Below, piece by piece: positions 1 to 8,877 of a stretch of DNA of 64,000 nucleotides. The notes beneath the pieces are model-generated. The model had not been told where the DNA came from, ran no database searches, and saw only the letters and a list, made by a program, of their open reading frames with translations. The DNA lies in assembly GCA_041287335.1 (NCBI GenBank), contig JBEULM010000047.1:23445-87444 (forward strand), given 5' to 3'. Made by a program: the position numbers and the translations under genes. The first letter of the stretch is position 1, and each line of letters begins with the position of its first letter. The DNA comes from Hydrogenobacter sp. Lineage in GTDB: Bacteria > Aquificota > Aquificia > Aquificales > Aquificaceae.

Positions 1-57
1 AAAAAACTCTTTGCAGCTATAAAAGAGATAGCTCAGGAGCTTATAGAGGTAAGCTAA
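1..57 (+). CDS. 3' end of an upstream gene (partial, unknown product)
   Basis: Open frame KKLFAAIKEIAQELIEVS* ending TAA 55-57, overlapping the purA ATG (TAATG). Confidence 0.6.
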   Translation, partial: KKLFAAIKEIAQELIEVS

Positions 58-1355
58 TGAAAAAGGATCTTCTCGTTTTAGGTGCTCAATGGGGAGATGA
101 AGGAAAGGGTAAGATAGTGGACCTTCTCTCCGCCAATTTTCAGCTCACGGTAAGGTATCAGGGAGGTAGTAACGCAGGACACACTGTCGTTGTGGGTGAA
201 GAAAAGTTTATACTCCACCTTCTGCCAACAGGTATCCTTCACAGTCACACAAAAGGTATAGTTGCCCAAGGTATGGTGGTGGATCTGGAGCTTCTTAAAG
301 TGGAAATAGAGCAATTGGAAAAAAGAGGCATAAGCGTAAGAGACAGACTTTTGATAAGTGACAGAGCCCATCTGGTTATGCCTTACCACAAACTCTTAGA
401 TGCACTTTTTGAAAGAAAGAGCAAGATAGGGACAACACTCAGAGGTATTGGACCGTCTTACATGTTTAAGTACGGGAGAAAAGGTATAAGAATTTGTGAC
501 CTTGAAGATAAAGATAGACTCTACAAACTCATGAAGGAGGATGGGGAATTTGTTAAAGACATATGCGAAAAGGTATACCGCGAAAAACACTCTGTGGACA
601 TAGATAAGGCTTACGAAGAGACACTTTCTTATTACGGGTATATAAAAGATTGCGTGGTGGATGTATCAAGGTTTCTTATGGAGAACAAAGATATGAGCAT
701 ACTTTTTGAGGGTGCACAAGGTACCATGTTGGATGTGGATATGGGTACTTACCCTTACGTGACGTCTTCCAACGCATCGGCTCTTGGTCTTCCAAACGGT
801 ACAGGACTTTCTCCTAAATTCTTTGAAAACACCTTCTTCTTAGGTGTATCTAAGGCATACACTACAAGAGTGGGAGAAGGACCATTTCCCACAGAGCTTT
901 TTGACCAAGATGGAGAAACGTTAAGAAACAGGGGGAAAGAGTACGGATCTACCACAGGAAGACCCAGAAGGTGTGGATGGCTTGATCTCGTCGCTCTTAA
1001 ATACGCAGCGGATATAAATGGTCTTGACGGAATAGTAATTACTAAGCTTGACGTTCTGGACACCTTTGAGGAGATAAAAGTGTGTGTAGCTTACGAATGC
1101 GAAGGCAGACATGTAACACACTTTCCTGCAAGCCTGAGTATGTTAGAGAAGGTTAAACCTGTATACAAAGTCTTTAAGGGTTGGTTGAAGGACACAAAAG
1201 GAGCAAAGAGCTTAAGCGATCTTCCAGAAAGAGCTAAAGACTACATAAACTTTATAGAAAGCTACACTCAAGTACCTGTAGTGATGCTCTCCACAGGACC
1301 CGAAAGAGAAGAGTATCTTTGGCTGAAACCTATAATGCAAGAAGTGAAAGTTTGA
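57..1355 (+). CDS. purA: Adenylosuccinate synthetase
   Basis: GAQWGDEGKGK, RYQGGSNAGHT, EGAQG, TTGRPRRCGWLD motifs. Confidence 0.98.
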   Translation: MKKDLLVLGAQWGDEGKGKIVDLLSANFQLTVRYQGGSNAGHTVVVGEEKFILHLLPTGILHSHTKGIVAQGMVVDLELLKVEIEQLEKRGISVRDRLLISDRAHLVMPYHKLLDALFERKSKIGTTLRGIGPSYMFKYGRKGIRICDLEDKDRLYKLMKEDGEFVKDICEKVYREKHSVDIDKAYEETLSYYGYIKDCVVDVSRFLMENKDMSILFEGAQGTMLDVDMGTYPYVTSSNASALGLPNGTGLSPKFFENTFFLGVSKAYTTRVGEGPFPTELFDQDGETLRNRGKEYGSTTGRPRRCGWLDLVALKYAADINGLDGIVITKLDVLDTFEEIKVCVAYECEGRHVTHFPASLSMLEKVKPVYKVFKGWLKDTKGAKSLSDLPERAKDYINFIESYTQVPVVMLSTGPEREEYLWLKPIMQEVKV

Positions 1356-1370
1356 AATATCCTCAGCATT

Positions 1371-2309
1371 TTATCGTTTACTGAATGTAAAACTCAGGTG
1401 AGCCTTTCCCACAAGTTGGGAAAAATGTTTGACCTGTTTTTCTTTCATATAGCCTTTTATTCCTTCCAAGATTTTTAGGGGAGCGTAAGGATCTGAGAAA
1501 TTTGCAGTTCCTACTTGTATCGCACTTGCTCCAGCAAGAACATGCTGCATGGCTGAATCCGTATCGTAGATTCCACCTACACCTATTATAGAGATGCTGT
1601 CTCCAAATTGTTCATAAACTTCCCAAACCATACGTACCGCTATTGGCAGAATCGCAGGACCAGAGAGTCCACCTGTAACAGTCGACAGATCGGGTTTTTG
1701 TGCTTTAATATCTATCTTCATACCAATAAGCGTATTTATCAAAACTAAACCATCCGCACCTGCTTCTATGCAAACTTTTGCAAATTCCCTTACATCGCCA
1801 GTGTTGGGTGAAAGCTTCACAAGGACTGGCTTTTTTACTTTCGCTTTAATCCTCTCTACCAGTTTTGAGAGAATTATGGGGTCGTGTCCAAAAAACATGC
1901 CACCTTTCTTAACATTTGGGCAGGAGACATTTAGTTCATAAGCCACTATCTTTTGAGCTTCCTCCAAAGCAAGACATACCTCTATGTATTCTTCCTCTGT
2001 CTCCCCAAACACATTGGCAATAAAGTGGGTATCTATCTTCTCAATTTCAGGATAGATTTTCTTTAAAAAGCCCTCTACACCAGGGTTTTGAAGACCAATA
2101 GAGTTTAGCATTCCGCAAGGGGTCTCGGCTATCCTTTCTGGAGCGTTGCCCTCCCTTGGTCTTAAAGATATGCCCTTTGTAACTACCGCACCGAGCTTAG
2201 AAATATCGTATATTTCCATAGCCTCTATCCCATACCCAAAGGTGCCAGAGGCTACCCAAACAGGGTTTTTAAAGGTTATACCAAAAAGTTCAACAGATAA
2301 TCCTATCAT
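1371..2309 (-). CDS. pyrD: Dihydroorotate dehydrogenase, family 1 catalytic subunit
   Basis: [36 protein letters not shown]. Confidence 0.96.
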   Translation of the reverse strand: MIGLSVELFGITFKNPVWVASGTFGYGIEAMEIYDISKLGAVVTKGISLRPREGNAPERIAETPCGMLNSIGLQNPGVEGFLKKIYPEIEKIDTHFIANVFGETEEEYIEVCLALEEAQKIVAYELNVSCPNVKKGGMFFGHDPIILSKLVERIKAKVKKPVLVKLSPNTGDVREFAKVCIEAGADGLVLINTLIGMKIDIKAQKPDLSTVTGGLSGPAILPIAVRMVWEVYEQFGDSISIIGVGGIYDTDSAMQHVLAGASAIQVGTANFSDPYAPLKILEGIKGYMKEKQVKHFSQLVGKAHLSFTFSKR

Positions 2310-3247
2310 GACACCAGCCTCTTTTCAAACTCCTGCAAACTCCACCTTAAAGATTCTTCGTAATCTATAGGCTCCCTACCACATAGCTTTTTCACCCCTT
2401 CAGGCTCTACATCCTCATCAAGCCCGCATATATTGTCCCTCCACATCATAAGCATCTGGTCAGAGCTGAATGGCGGTGGCTCTATTATTCTCTCCATCAA
2501 CAAACCGCCTACATACATGAAAGCTTTAGGCACAGGTAGTAAAAGGACCTTTCTTTGCCAGTAGCTAAAAATGTCCCTAAGTAACTCTTTAAAGCTCACT
2601 TTCTTGTTTCCGCAAACTTCGTAAATCCTTCCAGATACCTTCTGTTGTGTCAAAGCTTTTAAAAAGCAACAAGCCACGTCCCGAACATCTACTGGCTGAA
2701 ATAGGTAATTTCCCAAACCCGGAATGGCTATGACACGGATGTAGCGAGTTATTCTCCACATATCAAAAAAGAGTCTCTGCTCTGGACCCAGTATTAGGGA
2801 GGGTCTGAAGATAACATAATCAATACCGATCTTTATTAGTTCCTGCTCTGCTCTATACTTAGTTTTGTGATAAGAAGATGGGGCATCCTTATGAGTTCCC
2901 AGCGTACTCATGTGAAGTATTTTCTTTACGCCAAACTCCCTCGCCACTTCGTAGAGGTTTCTTGAATATAGGTAATGTACTTTATGAAAGGTAATACCCT
3001 TGCTTTGCTCCTCGTACAGTATACCTATTAGATGGATTATATATTGAGGGTCAAAGTCTTCAAAAGCTTTCCTTATGGATGCCTTACTCTCAAAATCCAC
3101 CTTATAACCTTTTACTTTATCACCGTAAAGCCTGCGAAGTTTATCAAGATCTCTTACTGGTGAGGCAATCTCAAAACCTTCACTCAATAAAGCGTTTACT
3201 ATATACCTTCCCACAAAACCCGTGCTACCGGTGATCAGTACCTTCAT
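2306..3247 (-). CDS. NAD(P)-binding extended SDR, complex I NDUFA9-like
   Basis: ITGSTGFVG Rossmann motif, [23 protein letters not shown]. Confidence 0.85.
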   Translation of the reverse strand: MKVLITGSTGFVGRYIVNALLSEGFEIASPVRDLDKLRRLYGDKVKGYKVDFESKASIRKAFEDFDPQYIIHLIGILYEEQSKGITFHKVHYLYSRNLYEVAREFGVKKILHMSTLGTHKDAPSSYHKTKYRAEQELIKIGIDYVIFRPSLILGPEQRLFFDMWRITRYIRVIAIPGLGNYLFQPVDVRDVACCFLKALTQQKVSGRIYEVCGNKKVSFKELLRDIFSYWQRKVLLLPVPKAFMYVGGLLMERIIEPPPFSSDQMLMMWRDNICGLDEDVEPEGVKKLCGREPIDYEESLRWSLQEFEKRLVS

Positions 3248-4002
3248 TCCCGAGCTACCTCTATGGCTGTAGTCTTGTTTTTCCTTCTTGCGAGCTTTCC
3301 GAGAATTATGGAGATCTCGTAAAGTATAAGGAGAGGTAAAGCCATAAGTACCTGGGTAGTCACATCCGGTGCTATTAAAGCACCCACTGTGAAGGCTATA
3401 ACTACAAAGTATTTTCTAAAACTTCTCAGCTGGTCCTCAGTAACTATCCCAGCCCTTTGCAAGAGGTAAAGTATTATAGGCATCTCAAAGGCTATACCAA
3501 ATCCGACTATCATTTTGAGCAAAAAGGATACATATAAATTGACCGAAAGGAAAGGTGTAGCTTGAAGCTGTGAGAAACCTATACCTATGAGGAACTTAAG
3601 GGCTATGGGAAGAACTGCAAAATAAGCAAAGCAAGCACCGAGAAGGAAAAGTATTATGGAGAATAGCGTTACAGGTATAACGAGTCTTTTTTCGTTGGGA
3701 TACATGGCGGGTTCCACAAACCTCCATATCTGGTAAAGTATCACAGGAGAAGCTATTATAAGACCAAACACCAGTGAGATCTTAAGCAAGATAAATAAAG
3801 GCTCTGTAGGGGAAAGGGTTATGAGCTGTACCTTAGGATAAGACCTTTTTACAGGTTCTTTAAGTAACTCAAAGATGTACTTGGCAAAGTAAAAGGCTGT
3901 AGCTGTACCTATAAGGAGAGCCAATATGGATTTAATTAACCTGCTTCTCAGTTCTCTCAGGTGTTCCGTCAGAGGCATCTTGGGCAGTTCTTGGGGTTGC
4001 AT
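3244..4002 (-). CDS. tatC: Twin-arginine translocase subunit TatC
   Basis: MPLTEHLRELR, LYQIWRFVEPAMY, FEMP, APD; six hydrophobic segments; alternative start at 3978. Confidence 0.96.
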   Translation of the reverse strand: MQPQELPKMPLTEHLRELRSRLIKSILALLIGTATAFYFAKYIFELLKEPVKRSYPKVQLITLSPTEPLFILLKISLVFGLIIASPVILYQIWRFVEPAMYPNEKRLVIPVTLFSIILFLLGACFAYFAVLPIALKFLIGIGFSQLQATPFLSVNLYVSFLLKMIVGFGIAFEMPIILYLLQRAGIVTEDQLRSFRKYFVVIAFTVGALIAPDVTTQVLMALPLLILYEISIILGKLARRKNKTTAIEVARE

Positions 4003-4228
4003 TTTCCTTCACCTCTTTATCGATCTCTTCCACACTTTGCGCCTCCTCCTGCTCCTCAAGCACTTTTTTGTTTATATTTTCCACATACATCTGGTATCTA
4101 AGCTCGTCCCATGTATCCCTTATTTTCCTCATAAACTCTCCCATTTTTGTGGCGAGTTCCATCATCTTTTCCGGTCCTAAAAATATAAAAGCCACAATAA
4201 GTATGAGTGCTATCTCTGGAAAATCCAT
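3932..4228 (-). CDS. tatB: Twin-arginine translocase subunit TatB
   Basis: FPEIALILIVAFIFLGPEKM then amphipathic helix; between tatA and tatC. Confidence 0.85.
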   Translation of the reverse strand: MDFPEIALILIVAFIFLGPEKMMELATKMGEFMRKIRDTWDELRYQMYVENINKKVLEEQEEAQSVEEIDKEVKENATPRTAQDASDGTPERTEKQVN

Positions 4229-4252
4229 AGGTAATAGTTTAACAGAAAAGGA

Positions 4253-4462
4253 TTAAGCCTTCTTCTCTTCTTTTTCTAACTCTTCAGCCTTTATTTCCTT
4301 AGCCTTCTTTTCTTCCTCTATTTCCCCAGATAGAGCCTTTTTGAAATTTCTTATGCCTTCACCAAGAGCTTTTCCAGCTTCCGGTAGTCGTGAAGCACCA
4401 AAAAGCACAAATATTATGGCTAAAAGTACCAGCAGTTCCGGTAATGTAGGCATGTGAAACAT
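4253..4462 (-). CDS. tatA: TatA/E family subunit (copy 2)
   Basis: [35 protein letters not shown]; ATG at 4462 with GGAGG 6 nt upstream. Confidence 0.93.
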   Translation of the reverse strand: MFHMPTLPELLVLLAIIFVLFGASRLPEAGKALGEGIRNFKKALSGEIEEEKKAKEIKAEELEKEEKKA

Positions 4463-4464
4463 GT

Positions 4465-4641
4465 TCAACCTCCTTCCTTTTCGGATACATTTTTCTGAGT
4501 TTCCTCTCCAGACAAAGCCTTTTTGAAGTTTCTTATACCTTCACCCAATCCTTTACCGAGTTCGGGTAACCTGCTCGCTCCGAATATCACGAACACTACC
4601 AAAAGTATGAGTATTAACTGCCACGGTAAGGGCAAATGCAT
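4465..4641 (-). CDS. tatA: TatA/E family subunit (copy 1), 58 aa, absent from ORF track
   Basis: Translated by hand: [58 protein letters not shown]; AGGAGGT SD upstream. Confidence 0.93.
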   Translation of the reverse strand: MHLPLPWQLILILLVVFVIFGASRLPELGKGLGEGIRNFKKALSGEETQKNVSEKEGG

Positions 4642-4677
4642 ATCTTCACCTCCTACTTCTTTATTATAGGCTCACCC

Positions 4678-4706
4678 TTGACAAAAACAAGTAGGTAAGT
4701 TATTAT
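4678..4706 (+). promoter_or_regulatory. Sigma70-type promoter of the cold-shock gene
   Basis: TTGACA (4678-4683), 17 nt, TATTAT (4701-4706). Confidence 0.75.
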
Positions 4707-4715
4707 TATAACTCA

Positions 4716-4768
4716 GGAGTTTAAGTACGCAGAAGGGAGGGCGCCTTACCTTCGGTGCTTGAAGCTCC
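4716..4768 (+). promoter_or_regulatory. Long hairpin in csp 5' UTR (candidate thermoregulator/stabiliser)
   Basis: GGAGUUU-AAGUAC...GUGCUU-GAAGCUCC outer stem with G-U pairs; inner GAAGG/CCUUC and AGG/CCU stems. Confidence 0.6.
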
Positions 4769-4799
4769 ATAACTTAGTTTTAAGGAGGTTTTTAGTTCC

Positions 4800-5009
4800 A
4801 TGGCACTTAAAGGTACTGTAAAATGGTTCAGTAAGGAGAAGGGTTATGGTTTCATAACCCGTGATGACAATCAGGGGGACGTTTTTGTCCATTTCTCAGC
4901 CATCCAACAGAGAGGTTTCAAAACCTTGGAACAAGGGCAGAGAGTAGAGTTCGAAATAGAGGAGGATAGTAAAGGACCAAGAGCGAAGAACGTAAGACTT
5001 CTCAGCTGA
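4800..5009 (+). CDS. csp: Cold-shock protein
   Basis: [16 protein letters not shown] (RNP1), VFVHFSAI (RNP2); AAGGAGG SD. Confidence 0.97.
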   Translation: MALKGTVKWFSKEKGYGFITRDDNQGDVFVHFSAIQQRGFKTLEQGQRVEFEIEEDSKGPRAKNVRLLS

Positions 5010-5014
5010 TCCCA

Positions 5015-5034
5015 ATGCCCCCTTTTGGGGGCAT
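5015..5034 (+). terminator. Hairpin after csp (possible terminator or stabiliser)
   Basis: ATGCCCCC-TTTT-GGGGGCAT perfect 8-bp stem; U-tract is weak. Confidence 0.55.
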
Positions 5035-5047
5035 ATAATTGTTCTTT

Positions 5048-6277
5048 ATGCACCTGTATAACTTGTATAAGGATAGGGATTACCGTATAGTACCGACTCT
5101 TGAAAGGATACAAAAAGCTGTTGAGTTTTTAAAAGCGAAATCTCCTCCTTATATATCATTTCAGGTGGGAGGTACAAACGGAAAAGGATCCACTTGCGCC
5201 TTTTTAGAAAGAATCTTTAGAGAACACGGATACAAGACGGGTTGGTTTGTTTCCCCTCATCTTGTTGATGAGGAAGAGAGATGGAGGATAAACGGCGAAA
5301 AGATAAGCCCAGACAGGCTTGAGTATTATGTGAAAGAACTAAAAAATATCTTTGATAGGTTTGAGCTGACATACTTCGAAGCCTGTACCTTGATAGCTCT
5401 TGAGTATTTTAAAGATGAAAAAGTGGATGTAGCTATTTTTGAGGTAGGGATGGGTGGAAGGTGGGACGCAACCAAGGTCTGTAATCCCTCTGTATGTGTT
5501 ATTACTAATGTGGAAAGGGATCACACAAAGTGGCTTGGCAGTGATGTGGAAAGTAGGGCGATCGAGAAGCTCGGCATCTACAAGAAAGGTTCACCTCTCA
5601 TACTTGGAAGTATGAAGTTTCCACTTTACACGAAAGCTTTGGAGCTTTGTGACGAGAAGGATCTGATTGTAGGCGGACTTGACTTTTTCTCTTATGGTAA
5701 GGTAAACAAGGACGAGACGGTTATTGATGTATATGAATGGGAAGATGTTTATGTTGCGGATGCTACTCTTGGACTCTGGGGGAAGTGGCAGATAGGAAAC
5801 GCAAGCTTAGCAATTACAGCCTCAGCCTGTCTTATAAAGCCTGATGTAAAAAAGTTAAAGGAAGCTCTACGGAAAACATACTGGGAAGGGAGAATGGAGA
5901 TAGTTCGCAAAAATCCTCTTCTGATATTAGATGGGGCGCACAATACGGACAGCGTAAAAAAAATAGTGAAAGAGGTAAAAAGATACATAGGGAAACTTAC
6001 ACCCGTCTTTACGGGACTTAAAGAGAAGGAGTGGCGGGATAGTATGAGCTTTTTGAAAGATCTTTCGGACCGCATATATCTTGTTCAGATAAGACACCAC
6101 AGAGGTGAAGAACTTCCCAATCTTGAAAGGCACGCAAAGGATATAGGTTTTAGGGAGGTTATAGCGCTTTCATCCTCAGAAGAAGTGCCTTATCTTGAGG
6201 AAGACATTATAGTGCTCGGTTCTCTTTATCTGGTAGGAGAGGTTAAAGAGGCTTTAGAAAGGGTGAAGAGGGAATGA
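5048..6277 (+). CDS. folC: Folylpolyglutamate synthase/dihydrofolate synthase
   Basis: VGGTNGKGS, SPHL, FEVGMGGRWDAT, LDGAHN; ATG 5048 preferred over TTG 5039. Confidence 0.95.
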   Translation: MHLYNLYKDRDYRIVPTLERIQKAVEFLKAKSPPYISFQVGGTNGKGSTCAFLERIFREHGYKTGWFVSPHLVDEEERWRINGEKISPDRLEYYVKELKNIFDRFELTYFEACTLIALEYFKDEKVDVAIFEVGMGGRWDATKVCNPSVCVITNVERDHTKWLGSDVESRAIEKLGIYKKGSPLILGSMKFPLYTKALELCDEKDLIVGGLDFFSYGKVNKDETVIDVYEWEDVYVADATLGLWGKWQIGNASLAITASACLIKPDVKKLKEALRKTYWEGRMEIVRKNPLLILDGAHNTDSVKKIVKEVKRYIGKLTPVFTGLKEKEWRDSMSFLKDLSDRIYLVQIRHHRGEELPNLERHAKDIGFREVIALSSSEEVPYLEEDIIVLGSLYLVGEVKEALERVKRE

Positions 6278-6846
6278 AAGTGGAGTTTTTAGGCTCTTAT
6301 ACGGATAAAATTCCAGAAGATAACTTAAAAGAAGTTGTCTTTGTAGGTAGGTCAAATGTAGGTAAGTCCTCTTTGATAAATATGCTTGTGGGGAAACCTG
6401 TAGCAAGAGTAAGTAAGGAACCGGGCAGAACCAGGTCCATAAATATGTTTTTGCTTGGGAATTGTATAAAACTCGTTGATGTACCTGGATATGGTTTTGC
6501 TAAAGTTTCAAAGATTGAAAGGGAAAACTGGAAAGAGTTAATGGAGAAATACTTTAGAGAGAGAAGGAAACAAATAAAGTGTGTATTTGTGCTTTTAGAC
6601 AGTAAAACGGGACCTACGGAGCTTGATGAGATAATGATAGAATGGATCAGACACTTAGAACTACCTTATAAAGTTGTACTTACAAAGGTTGATAAAGCTA
6701 CACAAAAGGAACTTTCTAAAGTCCTAAAGCGTATTGAAAGATTTGGTACACAGCTTATAATTACATCAGCTAAGGAGGGGAAAGGGAAAAAAGAACTCTT
6801 CAAGAGTATTATGGAGGCTGTAAAAGTTGAAGGTGGGTGTTTTTAA
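6274..6846 (+). CDS. engB: Ribosome biogenesis GTPase YihA/YsxC
   Basis: GRSNVGKSSLIN, DVPGYG, TKVDK, SAKEGKG. Confidence 0.95.
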   Translation: MKVEFLGSYTDKIPEDNLKEVVFVGRSNVGKSSLINMLVGKPVARVSKEPGRTRSINMFLLGNCIKLVDVPGYGFAKVSKIERENWKELMEKYFRERRKQIKCVFVLLDSKTGPTELDEIMIEWIRHLELPYKVVLTKVDKATQKELSKVLKRIERFGTQLIITSAKEGKGKKELFKSIMEAVKVEGGCF

Positions 6847-7507
6847 GTTTTCCTCATGCGATGGCTGTCAGATCGCCTTTTTTGAGTTTAGAGAAATGCT
6901 CCAAGTTTTTGAAAGATTTGATGTGGTTTACTTCCTTGAAGCTCAAAGTGAGAATATTTACGAGGAGTTTGATCTTTCCTTTGTTGAAGGTTCAGTATCA
7001 AATGAGGAGGACAAAGAGAGAATCTTGGATATAAGGAAAAGATCAAAAATACTCGTAGCCATGGGGGCATGTGCCATCTCTGGAGGAGTCCAGAGCGCAG
7101 GTAATTTTGAAGGCATTCTAAAAACTGAGCCTCTTGATGTCTTTGTTGAAGTTGATTACGAGCTTCCCGGATGTCCAGTAAGTAGCGATCTTTTGGTGGA
7201 CTTTCTTATGAGTATTTTGCATGGAAAGAGACCGCGTACAGCTGAATATCCTGTGTGTCTTGAGTGCAAGAGGAAAGGTAACATATGTGTTACTGTTTTA
7301 AAGGGAGAAGTTTGTCTCGGACCTGTTATCAGAGCAGGTTGTGGTGCCATATGCCCTTCTTTTGGAAGAGGATGTTACGGATGTTATGGACCAGTGCAAA
7401 AACCTAACCTGGAAAGCTTTTTGACACATTTCCCTCAAGCTCACGATGTACTAAAACTCAGTGCCAACGCTTACAATAAGGTTTATAAAGAAAAGCTATG
7501 GAGGTAA
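6827..7507 (+). CDS. [NiFe]-hydrogenase small (delta-like) subunit, group 3b-like
   Basis: TTG start with GGAGG; SSCDGCQ, GACAISGG, LPGCP, Cys-rich C-terminus (CLECK, CLGP, GCGAICP, GCYGC). Confidence 0.88.
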   Translation: MKVGVFKFSSCDGCQIAFFEFREMLQVFERFDVVYFLEAQSENIYEEFDLSFVEGSVSNEEDKERILDIRKRSKILVAMGACAISGGVQSAGNFEGILKTEPLDVFVEVDYELPGCPVSSDLLVDFLMSILHGKRPRTAEYPVCLECKRKGNICVTVLKGEVCLGPVIRAGCGAICPSFGRGCYGCYGPVQKPNLESFLTHFPQAHDVLKLSANAYNKVYKEKLWR

Positions 7508-8769
7508 GGATAGAAGCTCTGACCAGAGTTGAAGGGGAAGGTGCGCTGGATATAGTATTTGAAAAAGATCAAATCAAGACTCTTAAGCTAAGAATATACG
7601 AACCTCCAAGATACTTTGAGGAGATCTTGAAAGGGAAATCTTACAGTTTCATTCCTGATGTAACTGCACGTATATGCGGTATATGTCCGGTAGCTTATCA
7701 GATGAGTGGCGTTCAAGCAATAGAGGATGTTTTTAAGGTTTGCTTGCCAACACAAATAATTAATTTGAGGAAGCTGATGTATTATGGGGAATGGATACAG
7801 AGCCACTCTATACACGTGTTTTTTCTGCACCTGCCAGATTTTTATCGTGTCTCATCCATCGTGGAGCTTGCAAAAATAGATAAAGAACTGGTACAAGATG
7901 GGCTAAAAATCAAAGAGATAGGATCAAAGATAATTCAATCCATAGGCGGAAGGGTATCTCATCCTGTCTCGGTTAGTGTAGGAGGTTTTCACTCACTACC
8001 GGAACGCCTTAGTATAACAGATAAGGATGTAGAAGATGCGATAGATGTATGTTACAGATTGCTCGGAAGATTAAAAAATTTAGAATTCCCAAACTTTGAG
8101 TTAAAAGATGCACTCTTTGTATCACTAACAAGCGATGATTATCCAATACTCAATGGGGATATACTCACAAGCGAAGGCAAAATTATTGATAAAAGCGAGT
8201 TCAAAGAGTACTTTAAGGAATATATAGTACCATACTCAACGGCTAAGCATGCAAAAACCAAGAAAGGGCAAACTTATATAGTGGGACCATTGGCACGTTT
8301 CAATAACAATTACGCAAAGCTCGGTTCTGTAGCTAATCATTATGCTCAGAAGTTACCCTTGAAAGTTCCGGAACTAAACCCTTACAAGAGTATTTTGGTG
8401 AGGATGGTGGAAATTGTACACAGTCTTGAAAAATCCTTACATATACTGAAAAACTACACAAAACCTGAGAGTTCAAAGGTAAACTATGAGGTGAGGGCAG
8501 GCACGGGTTTTGGCGTAAGTGAAGCACCAAGGGGTATACTTTGGCACAGTTATGAACTTGACACCGAAGGAAGGATATTAAAAGCTGATATCGTACCGCC
8601 TACTTCTCAGAATCAGGACATTATGGAGCTTTCCTTAAGAGATAGATTAAATCAGCTTGAGAAAAAGGAGGAGAGCTTTATAAGGGAAGAAGCAGAGAGA
8701 CTAATAAGGAGTTTTGATCCCTGTATATCATGTGCTACGCACTTCCTGAAGATAAATATAATATACTAA
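7498..8769 (+). CDS. [NiFe]-hydrogenase large (alpha-like) subunit, group 3b-like
   Basis: RVEGEG, L1 RICGICP, EAPRG, L2 DPCISCATH with short C-terminal extension. Confidence 0.93.
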   Translation: MEVRIEALTRVEGEGALDIVFEKDQIKTLKLRIYEPPRYFEEILKGKSYSFIPDVTARICGICPVAYQMSGVQAIEDVFKVCLPTQIINLRKLMYYGEWIQSHSIHVFFLHLPDFYRVSSIVELAKIDKELVQDGLKIKEIGSKIIQSIGGRVSHPVSVSVGGFHSLPERLSITDKDVEDAIDVCYRLLGRLKNLEFPNFELKDALFVSLTSDDYPILNGDILTSEGKIIDKSEFKEYFKEYIVPYSTAKHAKTKKGQTYIVGPLARFNNNYAKLGSVANHYAQKLPLKVPELNPYKSILVRMVEIVHSLEKSLHILKNYTKPESSKVNYEVRAGTGFGVSEAPRGILWHSYELDTEGRILKADIVPPTSQNQDIMELSLRDRLNQLEKKEESFIREEAERLIRSFDPCISCATHFLKINIIY

Positions 8770-8771
8770 GA

Positions 8772-8862
8772 AGACCGCTCCAATACCGCCAGCTGGGGAA
8801 GGAACGGTCTAATTTGGCGGGATACAAATGCCCCAGCCCGAAGCCATCACTTTTGGCTTCGG
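8772..8862. ncRNA. Candidate structured RNA / cis-element, family not recognised
   Basis: GC-rich intergenic island with four complementary pairs: 8772-81/8801-10, 8786-91/8815-20, 8792-98/8831-37, 8838-45/8855-62. Confidence 0.5.
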
Positions 8863-8877
8863 AGGAGAGGGAAAGAG

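Noticed and set aside
8772-8862. Assignment to guanidine-I, ZTP, fluoride, SAH, HDV-like, twister, SRP, 6S or tRNA-Sec
   Set aside because: Only short partial resemblances (e.g. GGCGGGATACAAA); conserved cores and topology do not match
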